A stretch of DNA of 64,000 nucleotides from Rebecca billardiae RCC1528. Lineage: Eukaryota > Protista > Haptophyta. Positions 1-11,100 of this stretch are shown here, piece by piece; within the stretch, counting starts at the first letter, position 1, and each line of letters opens with the position of its first letter. The stretch spans positions 992,001-1,056,000 of the forward strand of contig OZ251244.1 of the NCBI GenBank assembly GCA_965240325.2, read 5' to 3'. The notes under the pieces are model-generated. The model saw nothing but the letters and a program-made list of their open reading frames with translations, was not told the DNA's origin and did not search any database. A program made the position numbers and the translations under genes.

Positions 1-1401
1 GCGCTCGAGGGCACGCCGATCGAACCCTGGCTCGATCTCGCTGAGCGCATGGGCACGTCCTTCGACTTCTCGCGCTTCGCCGGAAGCGACTCAGGCGACA
101 CCCTCGCGGCACTCGCGTGCCACGCGGAGGCTCTGAAACGCCGTGGGGCCGGGGCGACGTGCCTGGCAGCGGCGATCGCGTGCGCCACGGTGCTGACGCA
201 GCGCGTCTCCCTCCCTCACTTGCGCTACGACGCGCTGGCAGACGTCTACCAAACCTTGCGCGGGGACGAGTACTCGTTCCTCACCAAGGTCCGCGTCGCG
301 CGCGCGCGCTTCGTGCTCCCGCCCCCCCACGGCGCCGACGGCGCGCGCGCCGACGCGACGTCGGGGGGCACCGCCAAGCAGCAGCAGAAGCAGTCCGCTG
401 CGCCGTCAGCCGACGCGCGCATCCCGTACTTCGAGATCCAGGCAGTGTCCGAGGACTGCATCGCCCTGTACAACCAGGTGGAGGGGGCTGATGCGGGGTC
501 GCAGTGGGCGCCCAACCCGGCGGACTTGCTCTCCTTCATGTTCGTGCCCGGAAACACGCACTCGTGGAGGTATGAGGAGATGAGAAACCGCAAGTCACAG
601 AAGCGCACGCGCGGCGTGCCGAAGCCCGCGGGCAACTTCTGCACGCTCTTCTTCACAGTGTGCACGTACCCGCCCATGCAGGGAGCTGGCGCGCCGCCCC
701 CCACGGAGCGTGGCCTGAGGGACGAGACTGCCTCCATCACCGACTTCCGCGGGCTGTGCTTCACCATCATGCAGGACGAGAAGCCGAGGGGCAATGACGT
801 GCTGTGGACGCACCCGGCTGCCCCCGTGCCGTCCCGCGCTGCGGGCGGCGCCGAGGCGCCGAACGGCGCCGACGCGCCCAAGATGTACGCGGGGCGCCTG
901 GACGTGCCGTGGCACCCCCCCGCGCCCGCGGACGCGCCCGCGGCTGCCGCCGCCACCGGAGCGCGCAAGCGGCGCGCTTCCACGCAACGGGCTGCCGCGC
1001 CCCCGGATGCCGCGACCACCCGCCCGCCCACCACGCGCGCGCCCGCCCGGGGCGCCGCGCCGGCCGGGGGGAAAGTCGCCAGACGTGGCGCTGCCCAGCC
1101 GCGCGCCTCGCAAGCCGACGTGCCCACCATCAACCTCGACGAGCACGGGCGCGGCGACGACGAGGTCGTCGAGGCTGTCGCGGCGCGCCTGTCGCGGATG
1201 ATCGAACCCGTCGCGGCGCGCCTCGACGGCATCGAAGAGCGCACCGCCGGCATCGAAGAGCGCACCGCAGCGGGCCAGCGCGAATTGGCCGCCATGCGCG
1301 CGCGGCAAGACGATCTCACACGCATGCTGGCACAGACCGGCACTGTCCTTGAGCGCTTGGTGGCAAGGACCGAGCCGCGCGAGGGCGCGAGCCGGCGCTG
1401 A
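1..1401 (+). CDS. Orphan protein probably encoded by the MULE, convergent to the transposase; 5' end likely outside the window
   Basis: The frame is open from base 1, with first ATG at 49. It has a complex globular-looking region (IPYFEIQAVSEDCIALYNQ...GNFCTLFFTVCTYP...DFRGLCFTIMQDEK), a basic low-complexity linker and a C-terminal coiled coil (ARLDGIEERTAGIEERTAAGQRELAAMRARQDDLTRML). No family recognised. Confidence 0.7.
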   Translation, partial: ALEGTPIEPWLDLAERMGTSFDFSRFAGSDSGDTLAALACHAEALKRRGAGATCLAAAIACATVLTQRVSLPHLRYDALADVYQTLRGDEYSFLTKVRVARARFVLPPPHGADGARADATSGGTAKQQQKQSAAPSADARIPYFEIQAVSEDCIALYNQVEGADAGSQWAPNPADLLSFMFVPGNTHSWRYEEMRNRKSQKRTRGVPKPAGNFCTLFFTVCTYPPMQGAGAPPPTERGLRDETASITDFRGLCFTIMQDEKPRGNDVLWTHPAAPVPSRAAGGAEAPNGADAPKMYAGRLDVPWHPPAPADAPAAAAATGARKRRASTQRAAAPPDAATTRPPTTRAPARGAAPAGGKVARRGAAQPRASQADVPTINLDEHGRGDDEVVEAVAARLSRMIEPVAARLDGIEERTAGIEERTAAGQRELAAMRARQDDLTRMLAQTGTVLERLVARTEPREGASRR

Positions 1402-2195
1402 CCGTGCGAGCGACCGCTGGGCGGAGGCGGTGCGCCGAACGCACGTCGGCTGCGGTGCTGCCGAGGGCGCACACCGCCGCCAGCAGTGCGCCGCCGCCGT
1501 CGCTGCTCACGCGCTGGGCGCACGCGCCCGGGCCGGTGGGGCGGCGCGGCGGCGGCGTGCGCGCGCACCGCGCGCCCGGCCAGTGCGCGACACCGTGTCG
1601 CACTTACCCGTGCCCATCCATACTGGTGCGCGCCGCGCGACGGGCTTGCGCGTCTCCGGTGCGCGCGGCACCACGCCCGTGCACACCGCCTGACCCCCCG
1701 TTGCTCACCGGTGCCTGCGCGCCGACCCGGTGCACCGTCTGACTGCGCGCGCATGCGCATGCGCAGTGACCTTGCCCTTGCCGTATTCCGCCATGCAGTT
1801 GCACCCGCAGTCCTTGGCCGACGGTGCTCAATCGGCCGGCTTCGTCCGAGTGCGCGTCGTCCGCACAGACAGTGCTTCCCGCCGCGAGTTGGCGTGTCAC
1901 CTTCAGTGTCACCTGCCTAAGTAGGAGTACACAGCCGCTGGTGCCGCCGATGCGGAGCACCCTTATCACACAGCTCCCCGTGCCGTCTGAGCCTGAGGCA
2001 GCCCTGCACTTGTCCGCGGGCGACTCAGCCCCCGACCATCTGAAGCGGCACGAATTCACCGAGCCCCCATCTATGCACCCATCGACATGCAGTCCCAGTC
2101 ACGCACATCCCACATCTCTTCCCCCGCACGTGCCCAACTCCCCGTAACGTGCCCGTCTCCCACTGCGGGGCACGGACGCCACTTCATCCGCCAAT

Positions 2196-5100
2196 CTACT
2201 CGCCACTGCCGCCGTCGGCGCCCGCGGGCGCGTGCGCAGACGCGCGCCGGGCGCGCTCCCGCGACAAGCGCGCGAGCAAACGAGTGGCTGAGTGCTCCTC
2301 GTACCCGTCAAGGCGGGAGTCCAGTGCCGGCTGCGCGAGGACACGGTCGTCGTCCGCGCTGTCGTAGTCCATGGGCTCGCCTTCCGCGGGGTCCTCGGGG
2401 CCGGCGGGCGAGTGCAATGAGAACACCCGCGTGTTGAAGCGCCGCGTGGCGCCACGGTAGCGAGTGAGCCCGACCTCGTCCACGCGCGAGAGCAGCATGC
2501 GGTCGGCCATGTGTGGCGCCAGCGTGGGCTGATACTCCGACGCCCCGTTGTGGGTCTCGTCGTCCTCCACGAGCGCACGCCAGCGTGCACGCGCCTTCGC
2601 GCAGTGACGCTCCGCGCACGCCGCCACGTACGGCCAGCGCCCTTCGCCGCCCGCGGAGAGCGCGCGCGCGGCCGGCGCGGCGTCCGCGCCGGTATCCACC
2701 ACCGCGTGGAAGTGCCCTGGGTGGTACACGACTGCCACCCAGTCAGTGCCCATGGTGCCGAGGTCGAGCCTGCGCAACGCGTGCACGTCCTCCTTCTTCG
2801 TCAGGTCGAAGCTCCCCTCGGAGAAGCACCTCCGGCGTGTGGTGCTGTCCGCCGCCGCATCGCGCGCTCGCTTGGGCGCCCGCCACAACGACACCCGCGG
2901 GAACAGGTTCACCTTGTCTGCGTCCATACGATCGCCGCGCGCGGTGAACGCCAGGACGTGCACACCCAGCGCACGCGACGCGCTGCCCTGCGTCTGCGAG
3001 CCTGGCGTCCACTCGCCACCGCGGCGGAATTCCTCCCAGGCCGAGTCGTAGTCCGCGCCGCCACGGTACAAACGCGCGGCGTACCGCAGGCTGGTCCGGT
3101 TCGTGCCCGCCCATCGGCCCTCGAGCTCCATGTCCTGGCCCGTGCCGCGCTTGCGCAGCTCGTCGGCGCGCACGGCCAGGACGCCGGCGAGCTCACGCTC
3201 CGCAAGCTCGCCGTCCATGGGCTGCCCATCCCACATCGTCGGCCCGCACTCGTTGGGGCCGGTCGGGTGGAAGAACGACGCCATGTAGGACACCGTCGCG
3301 GAGCGCGCGCGCTTGGCGCGCACGTTCATGCGCTGCATAAGCGCGTTGCGCGCCGCGCGCGTGGGGGCCGCCGCGAGGGCGGCCGAATCGTGCGCAAGGA
3401 TAGCGTGGAAGAAGCAGTCCCCGTCGCCGGGCACGTCCACCTCGCGCACCGTCGGGCCGAACAACGTCTTCAGCACGTAGGCCACGGTCGGGGCCCTGAA
3501 CCCACCCCGACCGTCCCCGGCGGGCGACCACCATGGCAAGCCGGTGGCAGACGTCGCCAGCAATGGCGCCTCACGCGCGCGCGCGCGGCTCGCGTCCCAC
3601 CGCGCGAGTGGGAGGCCGAGCTCGGGCATGAGCTGGGCTGCGGCCGACGGCGGCTCGTGCGCGGCGGTGCCAGGCAACCCAGAGCCTTCGTCCGCCCCGG
3701 CCGGACCCGCCTCCGAGCGCCCCGGCCGCGCGCGCGCTGCGAACTGGGCGATGATCTTGTCGGGAATGCTTCTGGCGGTCTTCCAGGCGGTGCGCAGTGT
3801 GTTGTCCAACGACGTGTGCGCGGGCGCCCGCTCGCGCGCACGCATGAAACGGTTGGCCGACGCCTCGCCCACGCCGGCGGCGCTCGTGACCACCCTCCTG
3901 ACCGCGACGTGGCGGTCGCCGAGAGCGGCGTATGCCGCCTCAGCCTCCGCCATGACGTTCGCCGCGCCGGGCGCTGGCGGGGCCACCCCTGGCGTGCCCG
4001 CGCAGGGAGGAGGGCCTGCACCGTCGCCGTCATCCGCGGGCGCCGTTGGCACGGCACCCGGCGGTGGCACTGCACCGCCGCGCGCGTGAGCTGCGTCGGT
4101 GCCCGCGCCCGCCCCCGTCGAGGTGCGTGGCGGCGCGCCACGCGACGCCGGCGGCGCTGCGCCGAAGCGCACTGACGGGCCCGGTGGAGCCTGGGCCGCG
4201 TACGCCCGCGCGCTGTGTGGCTTCTTGCGCGGTTTGCGCGGCTGGCGGGCGGGCTTCGCGGGCGCATCACCCGCGCCGGCGGAGGCGTCAGGTGTGCGCG
4301 AGCCACCTGGCGCGCCAGAGGCGCGCGCGCCCCCGCCGCCGCACGCACCGTCGCCGCCGCCAGCGCGCGCACGGGGCGCGCCGGGCCCGCGCGCGTACGC
4401 CGCCTCCTGCGGCCTGGCACCCGTAGGCGGCGCCGCAGCCGGCGCGCCTTCCTCCTCGGCACGCCACGCGCGCAGCTTCTTCCACGCGCCGGCGACAAGG
4501 AGGAAGTAGCAGCACGTGCACATGTACAGCCCACTGTCCATCGGACCCAGATGCCACACGTACTCGCATTGCGCGGGTGCGTGGATGAAGCACGCGCACC
4601 CCTGGCACGTTAGCCTGGGGTCCACCGGGGGCGCGCTGGCCGGCCACGCAGCGCCGAGGTCGTCGGCTTGCGGGTCGTAGCACGCGCAGCAGCGCAGCAG
4701 GGCCGCCGTCCTCGCGTCGAACGTGGACCAGGCGCGCAGCCGCTGGTTGAACGTCTGAGGCGCGGCCACGGTCCCGCCCACGCGCACGTTGACGTTGCGC
4801 GTGCAGAGCACGTCCTGGAGCGCGATGCCGTACAGGTGCGACGGGAGTTCACTGAGCACCTGCTCGAGCGTCGAGTTCGCCGCTTCGCGCACGCGCGCGG
4901 CGAAGCCGCCGTCGGCGGTCAAGGGCCGCACGTACGTTTGCGTCGAGCGCCCGATGGGCACTGAGTCGTACTCGGAGCGCGAGTGCGGCGCGCGGCGGGC
5001 GCGGCCTCCGCGCGGCCCTCGCTCCCAGAAGCTGGGCGCGCGGTCCGCGTTCGCCGGCCTGCCCGCGCGCGCGGGCATCGCCGGCACGGCGACGTACTCC

Positions 5101-8100
5101 GCCAAGAGCGATTGCAACTGCTGTGACGGTAGCAGAAGGGGCTGCACAGCGTCCTCGAGGCGCCGCGGCGGCGTGATGACGTCCAGCTTCGTGATGGACA
5201 GCACTGCGCCCGTCGGGGCTTGCGTGACGCCGAGCCCGACCTGCGCGTACCAAGTGGCGCTGCGCATGTCCTCGGGGAGGAGCGAGCACACCGGCTCGTT
5301 CACGCGGTTGCACACGAGGCAGAAGTGCAAGCACGGCAGGCGCTTGCGGCGAAGCAGCCCGCAGCACAGGAAGTTGTCGAGGTGCACAAAGCGCTCTTTG
5401 GACTGGTCAGTGGTGCTCAGCACGCGGTAGCAACCGGCGTGCTCGCCGTCGGCGACGAGGTTGCACTCGGCGCCGCCCATGGCGCGCGCGTCCTGCACTG
5501 CGCCGCGCACGTACGGCACGTGCCGCGGTGGCAGCCCGTGCAGGTCGCGATCGGGGTCGGGGTTGAGGGCGTGGCGCACGGCCACGGCGCGGTGCGTGGC
5601 GAAGAGGCGGTAGAGGTTGTCGTGCAGGTCGAGCAGCATCCACACCGGGCCCTGCGACTTGCGCACAGGGAGCAGCCACTTCATGAACGACTCCGCGGGC
5701 GCGCCCGTGACGTAGCCGCGCATCCACACCGGCGCGAAGACAGGGAAGAGCTCGGCGCGCGGGATGAGATCGATGATGCGCTTGCCCGACTCGGGCATCT
5801 CCGCCCAGGCCCGGTCGAAGTCCTCGACGTACAACGCCTGGACGCACCGGTCGAAGACCTCCAGGATCTTGTTGACGTCGTTCGCCGTGTGCGCGTACCC
5901 CGTGATGAAGTTGTCCCGCTTGTGGAAGGTGCACAGGAACAGGTGCCTGCGGGGGCAGAGGAGCTTCCACGCGCCGCGCAGGCCCTTCTGCCCGTCGGAG
6001 ATGGTGACGGAGTCGTCGACGTTCCACACGTCGTCACCGCCCAGCTCCTGCTTCAAGTAGCGCACGTGCGCGCACCACGAGTCTAGGCACTCGACGTCGA
6101 CGATGTACGACACACAGAGCACGAACAGCTGCCCGTTGGCGTTCACTGCGAGCGTCACAAAGAGCATGCCTGTGACGCGCGCAGGTGGCACCGGCGGAGA
6201 AGGCCGGGGTGCGGGTGAATGTGCGTGCCAGGGCGGGTGTGCATGTGTGTGTGTGCGTGGGTGTGCGGCCTGCAGGACACGGAAGGGGGGAAGGGGGGAA
6301 GGGGGGGGGGGGGGTGGGGGGCGCACACCGGCACGCTTGCCACCGCCGCTCGCCGGCCTGTGCAGGTGGCACGCGTCGCTGAACACGGCGCGGTTGCCCT
6401 TGGCCAGGAAGTGCTCACGGTAGAGCTGCTTGGCCTGCTTGGGCACGTAGTGGAAGCCACCGACGGCCTTCTTCCCGCGCACCTCGTCAATGGCGCGCTT
6501 CACCGAGGGCTCCTCCGGGTCGAAGGGCCGCCTGGCGCCGAGCGGCACCGAGCGCTGGGCGCTGTCGTGCACACGGCGGAACATCGCGAGCACGTCGCTG
6601 TGCACTGTGTCCGCGGCGAAGACGATCGGCGCGACCGCGTTGCCCTCCGCCGAGAGCCCGGCGGTCACTGCCACCAGGTCGCGCGACATGGCGCTGTCGT
6701 CGCCGTAAATCTGCTCGCGCGCGACGGCGAGCGCCCTGCGCACGAGGCTCTCACCCACCTTCTCCGGGACGAGCGCGCGCGCGACGGCCTTGCTCTCCGT
6801 GACGCCGTACGCCAACTGCGCGTGCGTGGCGCCGCGCTCGCGCAAGCGCGCCCGCCAGTCGTGCTCGACGGCCTTGCCCAACTGCTTGGCGGAGTAGGGC
6901 CACACGCGCACTCGCGCCTTGGTCCGCGACCGACTCGGCGAGGTGACTGGGTTCGCGCGCGAGCCGGCGCCGCCGGCGTTGTTGTAACAGTCCGGGCTGT
7001 GTGCGGAGGATGCCTCCACGTACCACGCCGGTCGGCCCCACACGGCGTGATCCGGCGCGGGGCCCACCTGCACACGGAACGCGCAGTTCGGCGTGGTGCA
7101 CGTCACCCTCAGCTTGGAATGGTCCAGTTGGGCGGACGGCGGCATGATCCGCCGGTGCACGGCGCACTCCGCTGCGAGGGTGATGGCGTCCGCGAGGCGC
7201 TCGAAGCGCGTGCCGGGTCGCACGAGTGTGTCGCTCGCCAACGAGGAGTCACGGACCACCTCCGTGTGCGGGCGTGGCGGCCTCGAGCCCAACACCTTCC
7301 AGCCTTCCACGGGCGCGAGCGCATGGTGCTGCCCCGCTCTGGACTGCTTGGGCAGTGGGTGGTACTCGGCATCTCCGCCGTGGTGCTGTGGCAAGGGCTG
7401 GCCCTGCGCGCCTGCCGCGGCGCTTGCGCCTGGGACGGCCGTGCGCGTGGCGGGCGTAGGCTGCGCGCACGCGCCGGACGGGGGGCACGTCACAAGCGCC
7501 GCGAGCGGGTCGTGCGCAGTTGACGCACCGGCTGCGCCAGCGTGGGCGGAGCCCTCCCGAGCGTCGTCGGACACATCGTCGCGGTCGCCGCTGGGACAGA
7601 AGCGCGCGCTCTCGTCCTCACAGAGCATGAGTGGGTCGGTGGCCTCCCACTCGTCGATCCGCGCGAGCGCGGCACTGCCGGCGTCCGGCTGCGAGATGAC
7701 ACCACTCACGGCCCCCGCGCCATCCTCGCTGAGGAGGAGCGTCTGCCAGTCCGCGCTCAGGACGAAAAGGGGTGCGTTGCCGCTCGCAGCTGCACGCGTG
7801 TGCGCCGAGCGACTGCGGCCGAGGTCCTGCACAACAGTGCCCACTGCCTTCGCAGCCTGCCGTTGTTCGTCGGTCGCCGTCGCCGCGTGAAAGTGGCCTC
7901 CGACATGAGCGGCCTGGCCGGGTCGGAATGCCAGCCTGAGCTCGTGTGGCGCCAAGTGCAGGGTACCATGTGGTGGCCGCGGCAGCGGCATGTCCGCGTT
8001 GTCCGTGCCAGGCCCACCGACGGCGCGAGCCTGGACGTTCGAGGCCAAAACGCCCGCGAGCGCGCTCGGTCCGGCGCCGTCGACGCGCTCCTCGCCCAGG

Positions 8101-11100
8101 CGCACGGCGTTGCCGAGCACGCTCTGCGTCGGCGCGGCCGTGCAATGCGCAACCGCGGCGGCAGTGCCACCGGCGCCATGCGCGCCAGTCGCCTCGCCGC
8201 CGTCTGGCACATCGGCGCTGCCGGGGGACCCTTCGCGCAGCACGCGCGCATTGGCGTGCGGACCACCTCCGCCGCCGCCGCCGCCGTCACAGCCCGTGGA
8301 CGCCGGCGCGCCATGCACCGCCACGACGACACACGGGCTCGTGCAGGCGGCGGAGGCGTCCGCCTGCGTGCACAACAGCGGCGCCCGCGCAGCGGGAGGG
8401 GGGGCAGGCCAGGGGCAGACGGGTGGCGAGCTGCTGATGGCCCCCGGAGGACGTGGGCCGGCGTCGGCGCCTGGCGCGCGGCCGTCCACGCCGCGCGGCG
8501 TCGGTGTCCCCGGCCCTGCACGGACAGGGCCCGTGCCGTGCGACGTGTCGCGCTGCCCGTGCGGGCCCGCAGGTGGCGAGCGGGCTGCAGCTGTCAGCGA
8601 CGCGTCGCCGTTGTCAGCACCGGGGAGCGCGAGCAGAAGCGCCGAGTGCGCCCATTGGCGCTGCGCGCGTTCTGGCGGCACATGCACGCACTGCGTCACG
8701 CCGCGCAAGAGCTCCTCGGGATCGGCCGTCGGCGCGTCGCCCAGCGCGTGTTGGACGCAGTCGGCCACGTACTGCTGGTGCTGGGGCGAGCCCATGTTGA
8801 ATGCGGGGAATGCGCCCTGCGCGTCGCCAGGCGCGCCAGCGCGCAGCTTCCGGCTGTACAGGTGCCGCAAGCCCGATTCGAGCGTGAGGACGAAGCGATG
8901 GGGCGTGAGCGGCGCAGGCGCAGAGACGAGAGCTGCAGGCGAGGCTGCCGGCGCGGCCAGCACCATCGGGCTGCGGTGGCCGCCCGCCGCGCGCAGCGCG
9001 GCGGCGAGTTCGGGCGACCCGAACAAGAACACAGCCTTGATGACATCGCCGTCGAGAGTGTGCGCGCGCCGCGGCTTTTTCCCCGACATGTCGCTGTGCG
9101 CAGGGGCGGTCCCGCCCCGCGGCGCCTGCGCCGAGCGGTGGTACAGCATGGACGGGAAGATGTGCACGGTGCCTGCCACGTCGCCGCCCTCCACGTCGCC
9201 GCCATGCAGCGGAGCGGCGACGGGGTGTCCGTCCGGGCCCGCGTCCAGGAGCTCGAGCGGGTAGGGGTTCCCCCCCGTGAGGTGCGACGGCACGTGCACG
9301 ACGAGCACGGCCGTCCAGACGTGGGGGTCGTGCACCATGTCGCTGTCCACGTGCCAGCCGTATGTGGTGGCCTCGCCCGCTGCGGTCTGGCCATCGCTGG
9401 TTGCGCCCGCGTGCGCGTCCGCAGGCGACGGGCGCGCGAAGACGTGCCACGCAGTGAGAACGGGGCTGGAGTGCTCCACGTCGAACACCGCCTCCATGAA
9501 GGCCTGCAGTGTAGTCACCACGTCCGCGAATGGTGGGCAGTCCAGCACCGCTGTCGGCGTGCCCGCCTCGGCGCCATGGTCGCCCACCCCCCAGCGGCGC
9601 TGCTCGGCGGCGACGCCGGCGGCATCGGCGGAGTGATAGGCGAGTGCAGTGCGGATGAGGGCATGGTCCGCAGCGTGGAGGGGCATGGAGGCGTCGCCCG
9701 ACCCGCCTAACCTGGCGTGGACAAAGACGTAGTCGCGCAACGCCTGCACAGCGTGTGGTGGTATGCGAACGCTGTGGGCAGTGGCCGCAGCGTCGCCGAA
9801 GGCTCGGCGAAGCGCGTGCTGGACCGCCAAGTTGTGCACGAGCATGTCGCACAGGCTCAGGGACGACGCGGGGGTGTTCGGCGGGGCTTGGCGCGGTGGC
9901 GGTGCGCGCAGGGCCGGTGAGGGGTCCTGCGGCACCCCCGGCGGGCGAGGGCACCCCGCCGAAAGAGCGCCTGACACCGCGCTCACGGCTTCTCCGGACA
10001 CGCGCGCGGCGGCGCCGGCGACGGCGTGCGCGCCGACCAGAGTCACCACCAGCGTCACCGGCGGCATCGCCACCGCTGCATCGGCCACCAAGGCTTCGGC
10101 GAACGTCGCGTCGAGGAACGGGTGCAGACGTGCGCCCACGCCGACGTGCACCAGTGCGGGCGTGAGCGGGATGACGACAGCCCACACAGTGCGACGCTCG
10201 AGGACGGAGATCGCGTGCAGCAACGGCCGCGCCAGCCAGCCCTCGCACAGCGCACGCCCTTCGCACGCGTCGAGAAAGGCCGTCAGCCCAGCGCGGCCGT
10301 CGTCGCCGACGTCAGACACGGACGCGCGCAGCGCCCGCGCGGCAGCGACCCGCCGGTCGCAGTCTGCACCGTCTGCATCGTCGTGGACTGCGTGGCCGGC
10401 CGCACGGCGGCACTCGGCGTCAGCGCGCAGCGCTTGGTCCACAGCGCGCAACCACGTGGCGCGCGCGCGCAGCAGTTCCCGCCAGAGCAGATCCGCCCGT
10501 TGGCCCGCCTGCACCGACGAAGACGTCTCCATGTAGAGCGCGTGGTCCGCAAGCGGCGGCGCGGGGGCCAGCGCCCCACGTAAGCTCGTGTACGCACGGG
10601 TACGCAGGTGGTCTGCCGCGTGCGCGTCGGACACGCCGGGGGCTGACGCCGACGCCACGCGCACAAAGGCGGCGAAGAGGTCTTCGCGGCATCCGGCGTC
10701 GGCGCCGAACACCGCGCGCGCGTAGTATTCCACGGCCGGCGCCGGCTTAGCCCCTGTGCCACCCGCTCGCGGATCCACAGTCGAGAACACGCCGTGTATG
10801 TCCCCCGCGTCCGGGCGGGGCGCGCACAGCGCAGCGAGCGCCACCTTCACCTGCAGAGGCGAGCTCGCCCATGCCGCACGCACCGCGATGGCAGCAGGGG
10901 CGCGAGGCAACGGCGGCGGCGACCCCTGCCGCCGCCGTTGCGCCGGCGCACCCCTGCCCACAGAGCCCCCCCCCGAGTCCGAGGTCGGGTCGTGACCTAG
11001 CAACCCACCGCCGGCAGCGCCTCCGGCAGCGGCGCCGTGCGCATCGCCAGGCGGGGGCGACGACACCGGGTCACACCCAGCTGGGCACAGCGAGGTGGGC

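Noticed and set aside
1790-2095. Faint SET-domain-like pattern on the minus strand (CIDGGSVNSCRF...VTLKVTRQLAAGSTVCAD, then DCGCNC in another frame) between the two MULE genes
   Set aside because: It lacks the NHxCxPN and ELxxDY motifs, has an upstream stop and needs a frameshift; it cannot be distinguished from chance without a profile search.
4730-4850. Possible SAP-like helix pair (LQDVLCTRNVNVR...NQRLRAW) before the PHD-like finger
   Set aside because: The spacing and the G-x-K motif do not match well; too weak to call.
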